Source: Chrysomallon squamiferum
Taxonomy: Eukaryota; Animalia; Mollusca
DNA: 64,000 nt
Assembly (NCBI GenBank): GCA_012295275.1
Contig: CM022671.1
Location: forward strand, 34,596,001 to 34,660,000
Reading direction: 5' to 3'
Part shown: positions 1-16,131 of the stretch, piece by piece
Layout of the letters: each line of letters opens with the position of its first letter
Numbering within the stretch: position 1 is the first letter of the stretch
Program-made: the position numbers and the translations under genes
The notes under the pieces: model-generated
Databases searched by the model: none
Seen by the model: only the letters and a program-made list of their open reading frames with translations
Told to the model about the DNA's origin: nothing

Positions 1-612
1 CAAGATTTATCCGTGTCTCTAACAGATGTATTCGAATCTCAGTCATGTGCAAGCACGTATCAGATATTTTATAAGTAACAAATACACTGCAGTTTTGTAC
101 GATACAGTTCAGGTATAATAACATTTTATTCAAATTTGGACATTAGACTCATAGGGCGTTACAGTTTTTTTTGTTTTGTTTACAAAAGTGTTAGTATGTT
201 AGATAGTGTTATTTTGTTAGAGAGAGTGAGTATTGCTATGCATTACAAGTGCATCTGTTTGAAAGTGATCTCAGTTCCTGCCAGTCATAAAGCAGATAGC
301 TTATCCACAGTTTTTCAAAGTGGTTGTTTTTCTGACTTGACATTACTGTGTGACAACTGTTTATGAAGCAATGCAGTTAAACAGTAAAGTAAATAAATAA
401 ATAAATTAATTAATTAATTTTGCGTTATTAACAGCCGACTTCGAAATTCAATAAACCCTTTCTAGAGGCCATAAAAATGTATAGTGCCTCAACTTCTAAA
501 TATATGCATAAACAGATAAATAAAAAACAACAACAACAACAGTAATCATAATTATGACGACGATTAAGAAAATTAAATAGTTGAATAAAATAAAATAAAT
601 AAAAAAAATAAA

Positions 613-649
<37 letters not shown>

Positions 650-1111
650 AAAAAAAATAAAATAAAATAAAATAAAATAAAATAAAATAAAATAAAATAA
701 ATAAATAAATAAATAAATAAATAAATATTATACTCTCGTAAGATCAGGTTAAATTTCAAAAACATAAATCTTACCAGTCCGACGTAACAAACGTCCGTAC
801 GGCATTTATCAGTGACCAGGTTAAAAACAGCAACCAACAAGAAGTCAATCGTAATCAGGATTTGTACACGTAACAGCCTGACGTTGTCTGAGGTTTTATT
901 TTACCCCTTGGGGATGTGTTATGTAACGTGTACGTTGAAAGATCAGTCAGTACGAAATATACCTTTCTTGCAATGTCGTAATTAATTGAAATCTGCCAGA
1001 GGGGTATCATAAAATTTGCGAAAGATACATATGAAGATATATCATTTATATTTCAAGCAATATGTATGAAAAATTGCACCTTTTTGTATTTGTTTGTGGA
1101 TATATATATGT

Positions 1112-1258
<147 letters not shown>

Positions 1259-2119
1259 ATACTAACGTATTTCTAAAGTCAATGTGATTTTACTCATTAT
1301 GTCGTCTTTGTGATAGTAAATTATTTTTTTATTATAAATATTTTGAAACTGTTCTTTTTTAAAAAAAAAATGTTTTCATTAAATAAAAATGACTTCTGAT
1401 CAAAATGTCATTAAATGCATTTGTCACTACAATGCGACAATAAATTATTACTTTATATTGTCATTATATTACATTAACAATATATTAAAACTTTTCATAA
1501 AATACAAACGTCCTCTGAAGTGGTTTTTGAACGTAAATATTATCCTCTCATTTTAATGATATTAAAATTTTCCATTAAACTCATGCATGTGTCATTAGCA
1601 TTTTTTCTTTTCTTATGACATACACTTTTCTCTTACTGTTAACAATAAATACCTGTGTTTATTGTTTTTATCTTTACATTAGTTTTAAATGACGTATATG
1701 CGATTGTATGATATTTTCTCTAGGATATAAAATTACGAATATTTTCTTTGTATATTTTGTTATGTTCTGTCATTAAATCTCATTGCATTGTCACGTGAGA
1801 TTTTATAACTTTGATGTGATATATACCTGTCATTTGTTCAATAATATGTGCTGTTTTGGGACATTAATTCATGTGAATTTTGTGAGATTTCCTATTTTTT
1901 CCACCAGTTTTGTAATAATAACCAGAGTAATAAATAAATAAATAAACAAATAAAAATAGAAGAACAAACAGTTTTGACTGATAAGGATTTGTTTTATTTA
2001 TATTGTTATCAAAGGTGTTTTATCTATTTATCTATCTATCTATCTATCTACCTATGTATTTATGTATATATATATATATATATCTGTTATATCTATCTAT
2101 CTATATCTATATTCATAGC

Positions 2120-2179
<60 letters not shown>

Positions 2180-2440
2180 AACAGACACACACACACACAC
2201 ACATATATACATACATAAATCATGCCAAACATAGATGCATACATATAAAGACCACGATATCTGTTAACAGCATTACGTGTCAATTTTAAACAGTTGTATA
2301 AAACAGTATTAATTAAATAACTTTAAGCTTATATAGTAAAGATTACATAACTGTTAAATACAAGTAAATTTTAAGTACAATTATGCCCGTATTTCAGGTA
2401 CTTATATGCGTGTTTCATAACGGTATCTCTTAATAAGGTT

Positions 2441-2554
<114 letters not shown>

Positions 2555-3389
2555 TATTAATTACCTTTTGATTGTGGAAAATATAAACTTTCGTTCGTCT
2601 GTCTTCTCTTCATACTGGCATTTAATCTCACATAAATTCACTTTTTGATTTCAGACATTTGGAAAACATTTGAAATTCTCATTGTTTTATTCTTGATCGA
2701 ATAATCTCTTTGAATTTTTCTCTTGAATCACAACTGAGCGAAACTTCTGACGTCAAGAATACATTTCGTTTCTTCTTCATTTTTTATATATATAGAAACA
2801 TTTGATACCCAAAACATACCAAAAAATCACTTTAAATGATAACGAATATTTATCACAATAAATAAATAAAAATAAAAAAATATTTTATCCGCCACCCTCT
2901 GTTTTACTCCATTTGTTAGAACGAGATAAACGAGAAACTTTATCTTCAGAATCAGACAGAAGAATTTCCTTGGGTTGTATCAGTTTATTAAGTTGTGCGT
3001 ACAGCACCCTCAGTAAATATCTATACATCTACACACCACTGTTACAAGAATATGTAACGCACCACGTCTGTCATTATTAGTGAACGCTTATTTCTTAAAC
3101 CCACCATGACGTATTTCATGTATTTACATAACACGCGCACTGTACGTGTTCACCAGACCGTACCGAAGCTAACTCAGGCAGGGGCGAAACAAAAACACAC
3201 ACAAAAAAAAAGTAGACTAAAAAAACAACTAAAAAAAAAAAACTGTTTTTCTTGTCCGCAGACACTAACGAAAATGACAGCTGAAGATGAAGACATATAG
3301 CGATAATGCTGAACCGTTCTGGTTTATGCCTTTATTTCAAAATGAGAAGTGCTTAGAAGTTTAAAGTCGAAAGCTCGGGTAAAAGTGCA

Positions 3390-3700
3390 AAATCATTGAA
3401 AGCTCAGAGAGAGGTAATTGCATTGTAAAACTCAAATGTAAAACTTTTGGAAATCCACAGACACAAAACTACTGAAAATCAAAGGCGAAAGATTATTGTA
3501 AATCCATAAACACGTTTTTGTAAACAACAGAAGCGAGATTATTGTAAACTCACAGATATAAAACTAAAGTGAAACTCAGAGACAAAACTATGCAAACCCA
3601 CAGATACAAGTACGTTGTAAATTTAAAGACAGAAGTATATTATAAAGCAATGGAACAAAAATTAATGATTTTAACCTAAGAAATAAAAACTGTTTATTTT
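3390..3700 (+). repeat. Highly degenerate minisatellite, unit about 22-25 bp
   Basis: Recurrent ttgtaaa-ctcacagacacaa-gatta-like units (for example gattattgtaaatccataaa, gattattgtaaactcacagata). Confidence 0.55.
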
Positions 3701-5054
3701 AAACCAAAATGTCACTACATAATTTTACAATGTTTTTATATTAAATTCAAAAACAAAGAATGCTTTAAAATCAAAATCTTGAAGATCGTTTTAAAACCAA
3801 AAACAGATACATTAGTACTGAACCATCTCTGTCAAATCTGATATAATGGCGGCTTAGAAACATCAAGCACAACCACATTGTTTTAAAACTAAAACATCCA
3901 TGAATCGAGCAAAGTTCTCAAGAATATTAATATGAACAGGGTTTATTTTGAAACCAATGCTACGGGATTATTTTAAATCCAAAGAAGCTAACATTATTTT
4001 GTTAAACAATAAAACAACTGTAACATCTTAACAATTAAAATAATAAGATTTTGTTTACGACGAAAAAGATATTCACCTTTCTAAATCTAAATTGCGTTAT
4101 CATTTTGCAAGCATAAAAATAAAAATAAATAAATACAAAAAAATATTTTAAAAAGTAAAATAAATAATTATGACAATTACCACAAATGAGACTCTATCAC
4201 TTTAAAAAAAAATAATAATAATAAATATTTTAAAAAGTAAAATAAATAAATACGATAAATGATCAGAAACAAACGCACAAGATTAAAAAAATACAAAAAA
4301 ACAACACACCCTAAAAACAGCAAGAACACTTTAAATCCAAACACAGGTACAATGAATTACGTCTGTACATTTACAACGACGTAAAAAAAAAAAAAAAAAA
4401 AAAAAACACCTAAGAATCTACACAATATGTTATAACTTTACGCAGCAAAATGTGACCCCGGACCCTCGTCCCTGTATCAACAGGCAGCCTGATTTGCAGA
4501 GCTGTGTCTAACACCTGACAGCAGAAAGCCAGTTTGGACGTTTCATTATGTTGTTGTGTTCCAGGCTTGACGGCAGGTAACTCTGACGGAAGAAACGCGA
4601 TACACACTTCATGTCATTCTTGTAACGCGATCTCGTTTGAGCCGTCAGCTTTACGTGTGTGAAACAGGTAAAGTTTAATTACAGACAGATTTATGTTGGT
4701 TATTCATTATCTGACTGACCTGTGCCGTTTTGTTGTTTTCTTAAAGAAGAAAGAAAAAAAGTATTACAAGAATACTGTGTTGTTGTTTTATTTATCATAA
4801 TATTCAATGTGTTTCCGTGATAAAAAAAAATAAAAAAGACTGTATGTGAAGCAGTAAGTTCTCAAACTGCTGTTGTTGGTATTGTTGTTGTTGTTGTTGT
4901 TGTTGTTGTCGTCGTTTTCAGTTATTTTTCATCATTAATAAATTTAGTTTCTCATTATGATTTTGATTATTATACAATCATTATCACTACATATTGAAAA
5001 ATAAATCTGTTGAAAAGAAAAATTCAAAATTTATTACTGTAATCTTCATCTTTA

Positions 5055-5095
<41 letters not shown>

Positions 5096-5622
5096 GCTAT
5101 TATTATCGTAGTTTTTCTTCACGCTGCTGCTGTTGTTGAAGTTATTATTATTATTAATACCGTCCACACATTCATCTGACCTAATGTTCTTCCTACACAG
5201 ATATCCTTCATTAAAGAAAATGTTATTCTTCCATTATTACCGCTAAAAATTACATTAGTAAATGAAGCGCAAGAAATCGTGCAATCTCGGTTTAAATCCT
5301 GGGTTTTTACGCAGTGACGTCATAATTTTTGTTCTGTCAATTCGTAAGATGACTCCCAGGCTAAAAAAAACCCATGAAATATTTCGAGGTTCTGTTTTCA
5401 AGATTTTCTTTTTCACATTCAGCATTTTATAGCAAATAACAAATTAGACATTTGGAAGAATCCAAAGCGACGTAAAATCGAACTCAATTTCATAAAGCCG
5501 AAAAACCTAATCGCTATATTCATTGTATCCAGAACATTCTGCATATAAAAAGCGTCACAACTAGAAGTAATTAGAAATCATCTCTCACGGCTCTTTCTGT
5601 TTCTTATTGTCATAGGAAACAG

Positions 5623-5732
<110 letters not shown>

Positions 5733-5757
5733 TCTATCTGCCTACCTATCTATCTGT

Positions 5758-5814
<57 letters not shown>

Positions 5815-5828
5815 AATCAATCAATCTT

Positions 5829-5862
<34 letters not shown>

Positions 5863-5956
5863 AATCAATCTTTCTATCTATCTATCTATCTGTTTGTATG
5901 TCTCTATATTTCTACCATCTTTTTTCTTTTTCATTTTCTGTGTATGTCTCTCACTG

Positions 5957-6046
<90 letters not shown>

Positions 6047-6980
6047 AATCTTTCAATGATTCACTGAGTTTTTTCTCTCTCTGTATATTTGTTTATCATA
6101 AAGGGTGTCTAAATCTGGATCTGTTGAGAGGGCGTTAAATTTACGAGTGAGTACTTCATTATAAACACACACAAAAAAAAAACAGATCTGAAATAGATCT
6201 CCAACAATTACTTTTATTTTAAGTTTCGTACAATTTGAAATATGAACACGCGATCCTTCAGTTGGTTCAATGACTCTAGCTAGATTTGTACACACCCAGC
6301 GTAGTATTCAGCTGTACACATTCCTTCTTATCAACGACGCCTAATTCCAACAACAACCCATCCAATTACTTCACTCCATTCAGCTACAACTGTGTATAAC
6401 TGTAAACATTAGGATATACATACTCTTCATTCCAAACACCCTCTTTCTTTTCTCTTTCCATTTTGCGCAACAACAAAACACAAATTTCTTCCTCAAATAC
6501 GGACATAGAATTTGAAGGAGACTGAATGCCTTTTGAATCAACACGTAAGAAAAAAAAAAAATCCTCTTCATTTTATTTTATTTATGTGAAGATATAGTTT
6601 TGTGGTTTTTTTGAAAAAAGAAAATCTGGTATGTTGGGAAGATGTTGAACGGTTTTGACACATGTATAAAGGTCTGTGATTTCGTTGTGTTGAATCAAAT
6701 GACACAGCTTCGTGTTGACCTGTGAGAGGTATAAATGTAAGCGGTAGAACGGAACTGTAAATAAATTTTAAAAAAAAAAGGAAAAAAAGCTCGAGTAAAT
6801 GTTTTTTTTTCTGAGTTCTGTGTTATGACGCATGCACCCGTGTCCGCCGGTGCCTCGCTTCAAGTGGTTGACGTTATCGGCTTGTACACGTTGCTGTTGT
6901 TGAGAACACGGTGACACGCGAACACGACGGCGATGTTGTTGTGCAAGTGTTTACTCGGGAATTCCGTAGTGTCAGGAGAG

Positions 6981-7552
<572 letters not shown>

Positions 7553-8919
7553 GATGACGACATACCTGGATGCACTCGTGTTAGAACGTGATATTCCAGT
7601 ACTTAATTTTTATCGACAAAATGATACCTTTTAGAAGTATAACGTAAACTGATACTCTATGGCCTCAGGAAAAAGCATATATTTTATACATGGATAGGTT
7701 TAAAAAGAGAAGAATGATGTATATGCATATGCAAGTATACTGTGACATAAGAAATAACAACAGGGTGAATTTAACGAACTTCTATTTTGGGACGACAAAG
7801 GAGTAATACGATGAGGCGAAATAAAATAAAATAATAATAATAATAATAAAATATAATAAAATAAAATAAAAGTAAACCAAAGAACAGCAAAAAACAGATA
7901 AACCTGTCATAAAATTTGAACAGCTAGATTGGGACAAGTACAATAAAACAGTAATCTTCTAAAATATAAGGAAAGATGTGAAATGAAATAAATTGTTGCC
8001 GAAACAGAAATCCTCACTGTAAAGTTAGTTTTGTGGATTGGACAAAACAGTATAGCCGAGATCTAGAGCATCATATTATAAACAGCTGCGTCATTATCAT
8101 CACCATCATCATCTCAATCATTTTCATCATCATCATTATTATTATGATTATTATTATTACTGCTATTATCATCATCATCATTAACATTATTATTATTATT
8201 ATTATTATCATCATCATCGTCAACAACATTATTATTAGTACTAGTAGTAGTAGTAATAGTAACAGTATTATTATTATTATTAATACTATTACTTTTATTG
8301 TTATTGTTATTGTTATTATCATTATCATTACTGTCATCATCATCAAAATTATTATTATTATTAGTAGTAGTATATTAGTATTAATTCAAGAAAAAATAGA
8401 AGCTTACCTTAAATCCTATATCTTCGTTTCTTATTTCTACAGCTTCTCTACCTCCTTGTTTTTAAACTATATATATATATATATGTATATATGTATATAT
8501 ACTGAACGTAAAACACAGGTATATCGTTTATGTGGTTAGTTTGTCAAACGGTGACGACTTTGAACCTAATCTTGTGTGTTTCGCCGGGCCAGTCTCTCGG
8601 TTGTCACATTACACGGGTGTTGGGAGTCTACACGCGTAGTTAAACACAGATTTAAAGATCATTTGTCAACACAAACCTTCTGCTTGTGTCACCTTGGTCT
8701 GGTCTCAATCTTCAGCCATCACGCTTTTTTTTTTTTTTTTTTTACGACAGTGATCGTTGCGATGATTATTTTAGATGTTTACTTGCAAAAATATGTTTTT
8801 AAATGTTCGCCTTTAGCACTGTTCGTAATTTCATATTTCTCGCAGTATTTTGTGGTGTTGACAGTAACAGTATTTTAATACTGACTCATTATTCAGGATG
8901 ATAATCACAAAATTATTTT

Positions 8920-9235
8920 GCATACTGACATATAATATTCTTATATTGACCCATCACAATATTTTGGATGATAGCATAATTATAATATTTTTACAATGGC
9001 CTATCATTATAATATTTTGATGCTGACATGTAATAATCTTTTTGAAATGACCAATCACAGTAATATACTGGATAACATAATTATAATAATATTTTTATAA
9101 TGACCCATCACAATAATATTTTGGATGTGATATATAATAATATTTTTTGTATTGACCTATCTCAGTAATATTTCTGATGATTATATATGACAATAAAAAA
9201 AATTCGTTTTCATACATCACAATAATATTCTAAAC
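8920..9235 (+). repeat. Degenerate minisatellite, unit about 50-53 bp, 5-6 copies
   Basis: Unit head tgacc(c/t/a)atcaca(a/g)taatattttggatg at about 8947, 8997, 9048, 9101 and 9153. Confidence 0.8.
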
Positions 9236-10669
9236 GTAGTCTGGATGTCGGCATTTTGTAAAATATTCTGATGAACTGAATACTGACAGATGAAAGGAAG
9301 AAAAGAAAGTTTTTTAAACAAAAAATAAGAAAGTAAATAAAAAAAAAAAAAAAAAAAAATAAACAAACAAACAAACAAACAAACAAACAAACAAACAAAC
9401 AAACAAACAAACAAACAAACAAACAAAAAAATAAAAAAACAAATAAAATTACTTTCAAGTTTATTTCAATATAGCTAGTTCAAGGCTATTCATCAACAGA
9501 GGTGAAAAAGGGAATGTCCGATGTCTGTAGCAAAAAAAAAAAAATCAAACAAAAAAAAAAAAAAGAAAGAAAAAAAAGTAGCGTTATGCGTGCTTTGTAA
9601 TAACCGTTACGATGAATAAACATTTTTGTGTTGTCGCAGTGGATCTCAGTATTTTCTTTACACTCGATCATTCTGTATCGACAACTGTGAAAACTTCTTC
9701 TTCTTTTTTTTAACACAAATAACAAACAAGACATTTTCTAACAACAATAAACACTCGTTGTTTGTCAAACACGGGTTACAAGGTGTCGCTGGAAGCGCAG
9801 ATTAATACACGCGATGGTTTAAATTTGAACTCGGCTGTGGCGTTATGTTACACGTTGTTACAATACACCAGTTTTTTTTTTTTATATAGAGTTTTCTTTA
9901 AGTTACGTAGATTATTATTATTATTATTATTATTGTTGTTGTTGTTGTTGTTGTTATTATTATTATCATATTATTATCAGTTATTATTATTATCATATTA
10001 TTATCATCTTCATGATTATTATTATTATTATTATCATCATCATCATCATCATCATCATTATTATTATTATTATTGTTATTTTGTTTGTTGTTTTTGTTGT
10101 AGTTGTTGCTGTAGTAATAGTTGTAGTTGTTGTCGCTGTTGTTGTTGCTATTGTTATTGTTGAAAGTAAGAGTTTATGTACATGTAATTGTATCATTACA
10201 TAAGGCAAAGTACATACTGTATACATACCATACTCATATCATAGACAAACACAAATATAACCTTATCAATACATATATACACATAGTATACCTGTATACA
10301 CACAAACATAAAACTAAAACATATACATAAATACATACATACATAAATGCATGCATACATACATACATACATACATACATACATACATACATACATACAT
10401 ACATACATACATGCATCCATACTAGTTACATACATTCATATAACACTGTATACACACAATGAAAATTACATGCAGTGGATTTAATAGATGAATGATTAAC
10501 AATTCTCAGCGATTTCGGAGACTCTGCCAATGAAGACTTTTTGCATTCATTGATTAACATCGTAACAGACTTCTTGCAATAATAACATTATATAAATGAA
10601 AGAAAAGGAAATAAAATAAAATAAAATAAAATAAAATAAATAGCATAAAATGAAAAGAAAATCAACAAA

Positions 10670-10706
<37 letters not shown>

Positions 10707-11390
10707 CGCCAGAAGATTAAATTGGTTTGAGAAATCTACGACGTCAGTTTCTACGTTAGTCAACCATGAAACAAATGACTTCGTGTATGTTTCACAGCAT
10801 GAGATCCTATCATTAAATTTCGCGTGTCAATTTCACCTTGAAACAAGGTCCGGATCGTGACTGACACGTGTGAAATTTACATGTGTAACGGTCACAAAGT
10901 GCCGAGTTGTCCTTTTCTTGAACCTTCAGGTTATCTTCGACTGCCATCGAGTCTGGAGGCTTTAAGAAATCGGGTGCAGTCAGAACGAAATCCTTTAATA
11001 AACTTTTGATGTTGATTTCAGTGGATTTGAATGGACGTTGAACACAAATGGAAGGTATTAGTCAAACTTCAAAATGTTAAGTTCAAATTACAGCTCTGAA
11101 AAAAAGTTCAAGCAATTTGTACGTCAATTTTAACGAGGTTTTTTTATTTTTTTTTTTTTTTTTTTAAAAATAATTTGTAGTTTTCACACGACGGGGTGTT
11201 GTGCTTTGTACGTTTCAAAGCCGCGGCCCACACACAACAATAGCGCGTGAAATTAATGAGGGATTTTTTTTTTTTTTTATTATTATTATTTATTTGTAAG
11301 TATCTTCTGTCAAATCCTTTTGTGACGCCAAAATATTTTGATATTAGATTTGGAATGACCGATATTTAGTCCATATTTATTATTATTATT

Positions 11391-11427
<37 letters not shown>

Positions 11428-12196
11428 TATATCATTCTATTTGTTTAAAATAAGTATTTATTTGTTGTTGTTGTATAAACAGTTGTTGTTGTTGTTGTAG
11501 GATCGAGTCTTATAAACGTGTCTATTGAACACTTTATCAAAATGTGTACATAAAAGAATCCTTTGATATATATAAAAAAAAAATAGACAAGACTGATATA
11601 ACTATTAACATTATGGTCATTATCATCATCTTTATTATTATTATATTACTATTATGATTATCAGCATCATTATCAACATCGTTATTATTATTATTATTTT
11701 TTATAAAAATACAAACATATAATTACATTCGTAATGTTGTCATTGTTCAGATGATGAAGTTGTATATGTTGCTGGTGTTGCTGTTATTGTTTCTACAAAA
11801 ATAAAACCGAATGACGTAAGAAAGCCTACACTGTGTGTAATGTAATTAGTTTTCTATCTAAACAGACAGAAATCAGAATTGATATGGTTTCGAAACCTCT
11901 TAATTCAGATCAAATATATCTATATCTTCAAAACTTTAAAAATAATTTTCCGCAGTGTACTGAACGTTCAGTTTGAGAGAGACACACACAGAGACAGACA
12001 GACAGACAGACAGAGGAAGATGGAGAGAAAGGGAGAAAAAGAAAGAAAAAAATAGAGAGAAATAAAGAAAGATAGAAAGAAAGGGAAAGAAAGAAAGGAA
12101 TAAAGAAAGAAAGAAGCAAAGATTCAAAGAAAGAAAAAGCTATACAAAAGAAAGATAGAAGCAAAGATTCAAAGAAACAAAAAGAGAGATACAAAC

Positions 12197-12319
<123 letters not shown>

Positions 12320-12322
12320 TAG

Positions 12323-12416
<94 letters not shown>

Positions 12417-12853
12417 GGAGCAACTGATGGAGAATGATATAATAAAGAGAGAGACGAAAGTATCAGAGAGAGAACATTTGAGAAAACAATGGATAGAAGA
12501 AGAAGGTTAAAATATAGAAAAAAGAAGAAAAATCAAAATGACTGTGAGAGACATACTTACACACACTTACATACAAACATACACACAAGCATAAACACGT
12601 ACACACATGCACAGCCTCTCACACAAATACATATAAAAATAACACATCTGTACTCATCAATCTCTCTTAACGTAAAATTTGTCACATAAAAAAAAGCGCA
12701 TCAAACAAATTTTATTTTAATTGTTCCGCGGCAAGATTTAATTTATTGTACAGTGTTGTGCTGTGTCTTGACCTCATCTTGTATCGCCATTTGTCGACAA
12801 CCCAGAATTTTACAAATAACGTTACAGTGTGTCTTCTGGACACAAAAAACCAC

Positions 12854-12887
<34 letters not shown>

Positions 12888-13056
12888 TCGAGTAAAATTC
12901 ACCTTTGTTATTTCATAATAAATCCACAATTCTACATTCGTTGTGTTAGCGTCACGTTACTGTTTGTGTTATTAAAGTTTTGTCAGTTCACGATTCAGCG
13001 AGCTGAACTACAACAAAGTTTATCAAAAAGCGTAAAGAAAGAGAAGGAGAGAGGGT

Positions 13057-13210
<154 letters not shown>

Positions 13211-13524
13211 GTTAGGATGTGGACAGAACGAGAGATATGCAAAGTAAGGCAGAGATATAAACAAACTGAATCAGCTCTTTCTTACTAATACATATATCTT
13301 GAAATCAGTAAGTTTGTAAGATATGTTACTGTATTGGTTACATACCTACCAAATGACTATAATATAATATTAAAATAAAACTGAACGAAAGAAAAAGAGA
13401 TAGAAGGAGAGAAACAGAAAAAAGAAATAATAGTAATATAGATAAATAGACAGAAAAAATGTCAGTGATAGACATATGACCTCAAACAAATAAAACCGAG
13501 AGAAAGAAAAGATTAATATATACA

Positions 13525-13556
<32 letters not shown>

Positions 13557-14059
13557 AATATAAATACATATATAGCTATATATCACTAGATTTTAGTAAA
13601 CCCAGGACCCACTGACATTGTGATCATACTTTTATAAGTAATAATAAAGTAAAGAATGATACACCTGTGAAAATGTCGACAACTGTCACACCTGGAAACA
13701 GATCGCGAAAGAAAACCTGGCAGAGCGTGGCATTGTTATAATTATTATTATTTAAACTCGTCCAACCAGCCATACAAAGATATCACAGTGCTAGACATGA
13801 AGTTTAATACAGCGTGAGAATGGGAAAATAAAAATTAAATTATATATTTAATTTAATTTAATTTAATTTAATTTAATTTAATTTAATTAATTATGGCAAT
13901 TTATTTTTTCGCAATATCTACAGTATTACTGTTGTCGTATAACAAAACCACAAAGACCACAAATACTCGCCTCTGTTCCCATCATAACAACCATTATCGC
14001 TTTCTTCGTTACTTCTGTTAAATGTTTAAGCCTAATACTTATTTTACTACCTAGTTTAA

Positions 14060-14139
<80 letters not shown>

Positions 14140-14294
14140 TATAATAACGATGATAATGATATTGATGATGATGATGACGACGATGATGATAATGATGATG
14201 ATTATTATTATTATCATCATTCATAAAAAATAATAATAATAACAAACAAACAAATGCACAATATTTCTAACTATTTTTCAAACTTAATACTCAC

Positions 14295-14472
14295 CTTGTC
14301 CACCCGCTACCGGACCTTCGTCCCATATGACATACAGGGGTTGGCCCAACCCCACTCTCTTTCGCTGTCCCCTTCCTTGTTTGTTACGTAACACTCCTGG
14401 ATTACTGTCAGTAAATCTGTGACTCCAGTTCCCTTCATAGAGCGGAGAGTACGACGTGAAATACCTCTTCAT
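14295..14472 (-). CDS. Probable alternative first coding exon (59 codons + 1 nt); MKRYFTSYSPLYEGNWSHRFTDSNPGVLRNKQGRGQRKRVGLGQPLYVIWDEGPVAGGQ
   Basis: GC-elevated unique sequence, aaaATG start and consensus donor AAG|gtgagt at 14295/14294. It is phase 1, like the 36171 donor. Confidence 0.55.
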
Positions 14473-14731
14473 TTTAACTGCTAGCTACCTGTATCGTCTT
14501 GAACAGTAATAAATTAGATTGACTTGCCGCTACGTTCAGCGACATTGCATTGGCAGACCTCTTTGAACGAGATCTCAGTGACTCATCGCATGTATAGTGG
14601 AGATATTATTATGACAAGCTCTGCTGCAAAAAGTAGTCCGGATTTCCACTGTTCGCGTTAAACAGTCATTCGTCAGTTCTTTTTCTTACGCTTTCATTGA
14701 CTGTTTGTCCTTGTCTGATTATGTTTGTCTC

Positions 14732-14819
<88 letters not shown>

Positions 14820-14836
14820 TATTGCTGCTGCTGCTG

Positions 14837-14883
<47 letters not shown>

Positions 14884-15091
14884 GCTACTACTACTACTCT
14901 ACTACCGAACAACCATTATTACTATTATTATTATTATTATTATTACTTTGAGAACTACTACCACTATTATTATAACAGCTACTAATTAATTTTCTTATTG
15001 TACATGGGTAAATACGTATGATTAATACTTAAATCTGCTAAATTTGCTGAAGATGCAAAATCAGTGAGAAAGACCCAATAACAGAGAGAGT

Positions 15092-15179
<88 letters not shown>

Positions 15180-15461
15180 AAAAGAGTAAAGAGTACTGAA
15201 ATAATAAATTGATAAAAGGGATGTAGATGAGTTGTAAGATAAACAAGTACATTTAGTATGAACTGAGTTATCTGTAAATCATCACTGATGTCAAACTGTG
15301 ATATACACTGTGCTGAGGCTTCAAGTATCACGTTTTATATATTCATATACTCTCTTTCCCTGTGTGTGTGTGTGTGTCTCTCTGTCTGTCTGAGTGTCTG
15401 TCTATCTGTGTCTCTCTCTCTCGCTTTATCTCTCTGTCACTCTCTCTCTTTTTATCACTCA

Positions 15462-15567
<106 letters not shown>

Positions 15568-16095
15568 GTATCTCTCTATTACTAGTAAATTCTGCCGAGA
15601 TTTTACTTTAGGTTTATTCACACGCTGTTCAGACTGGCGATACGAGTAAACATTATTAACATTCATTCATTCTTACAATGCTTTCACTTTTAAACAGTCA
15701 ACAAACAGACTAGAGAAAATAATAACAAAGCAGACAATGGACATAAACAAATCTATATTTTAAATAATATTTACTGTCAGAAATGAGCTTGCAATACAAT
15801 CGAAAACATGATCATAATTTTCGTTAATTTGTAGATCTACATAATGCTGATACAAGTAATGACGTTAATGACGGCGGTGATGATGACGATAACAACTACA
15901 ACAGCAACATAATAATAATAATAATAGTTGTTGTTATTTTAGCTGAAGCACTTGTAGTAGTTGTTGGCTGTTTTAGTAGTTTTGGTAGTGTTAGAAGTAG
16001 TAGTAGTTGTTGTTTTATGGTTGTGGTAGTTTTCACGAGAAGAAGAGAAGAAAAAGAAGAGCAATAAAAATAATGAGCAATACTAGCAACAACGA

Positions 16096-16131
<36 letters not shown>

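Noticed and set aside
4410-4607. 65-aa minus-strand ORF in GC-elevated sequence
   Set aside because: Non-ATG start, no convincing splice sites and no recognisable motif.
8920-9235. Regularly spaced repeats superficially like a CRISPR array
   Set aside because: Eukaryotic context, degenerate units with similar 'spacers' and no cas genes; it is an ordinary minisatellite.
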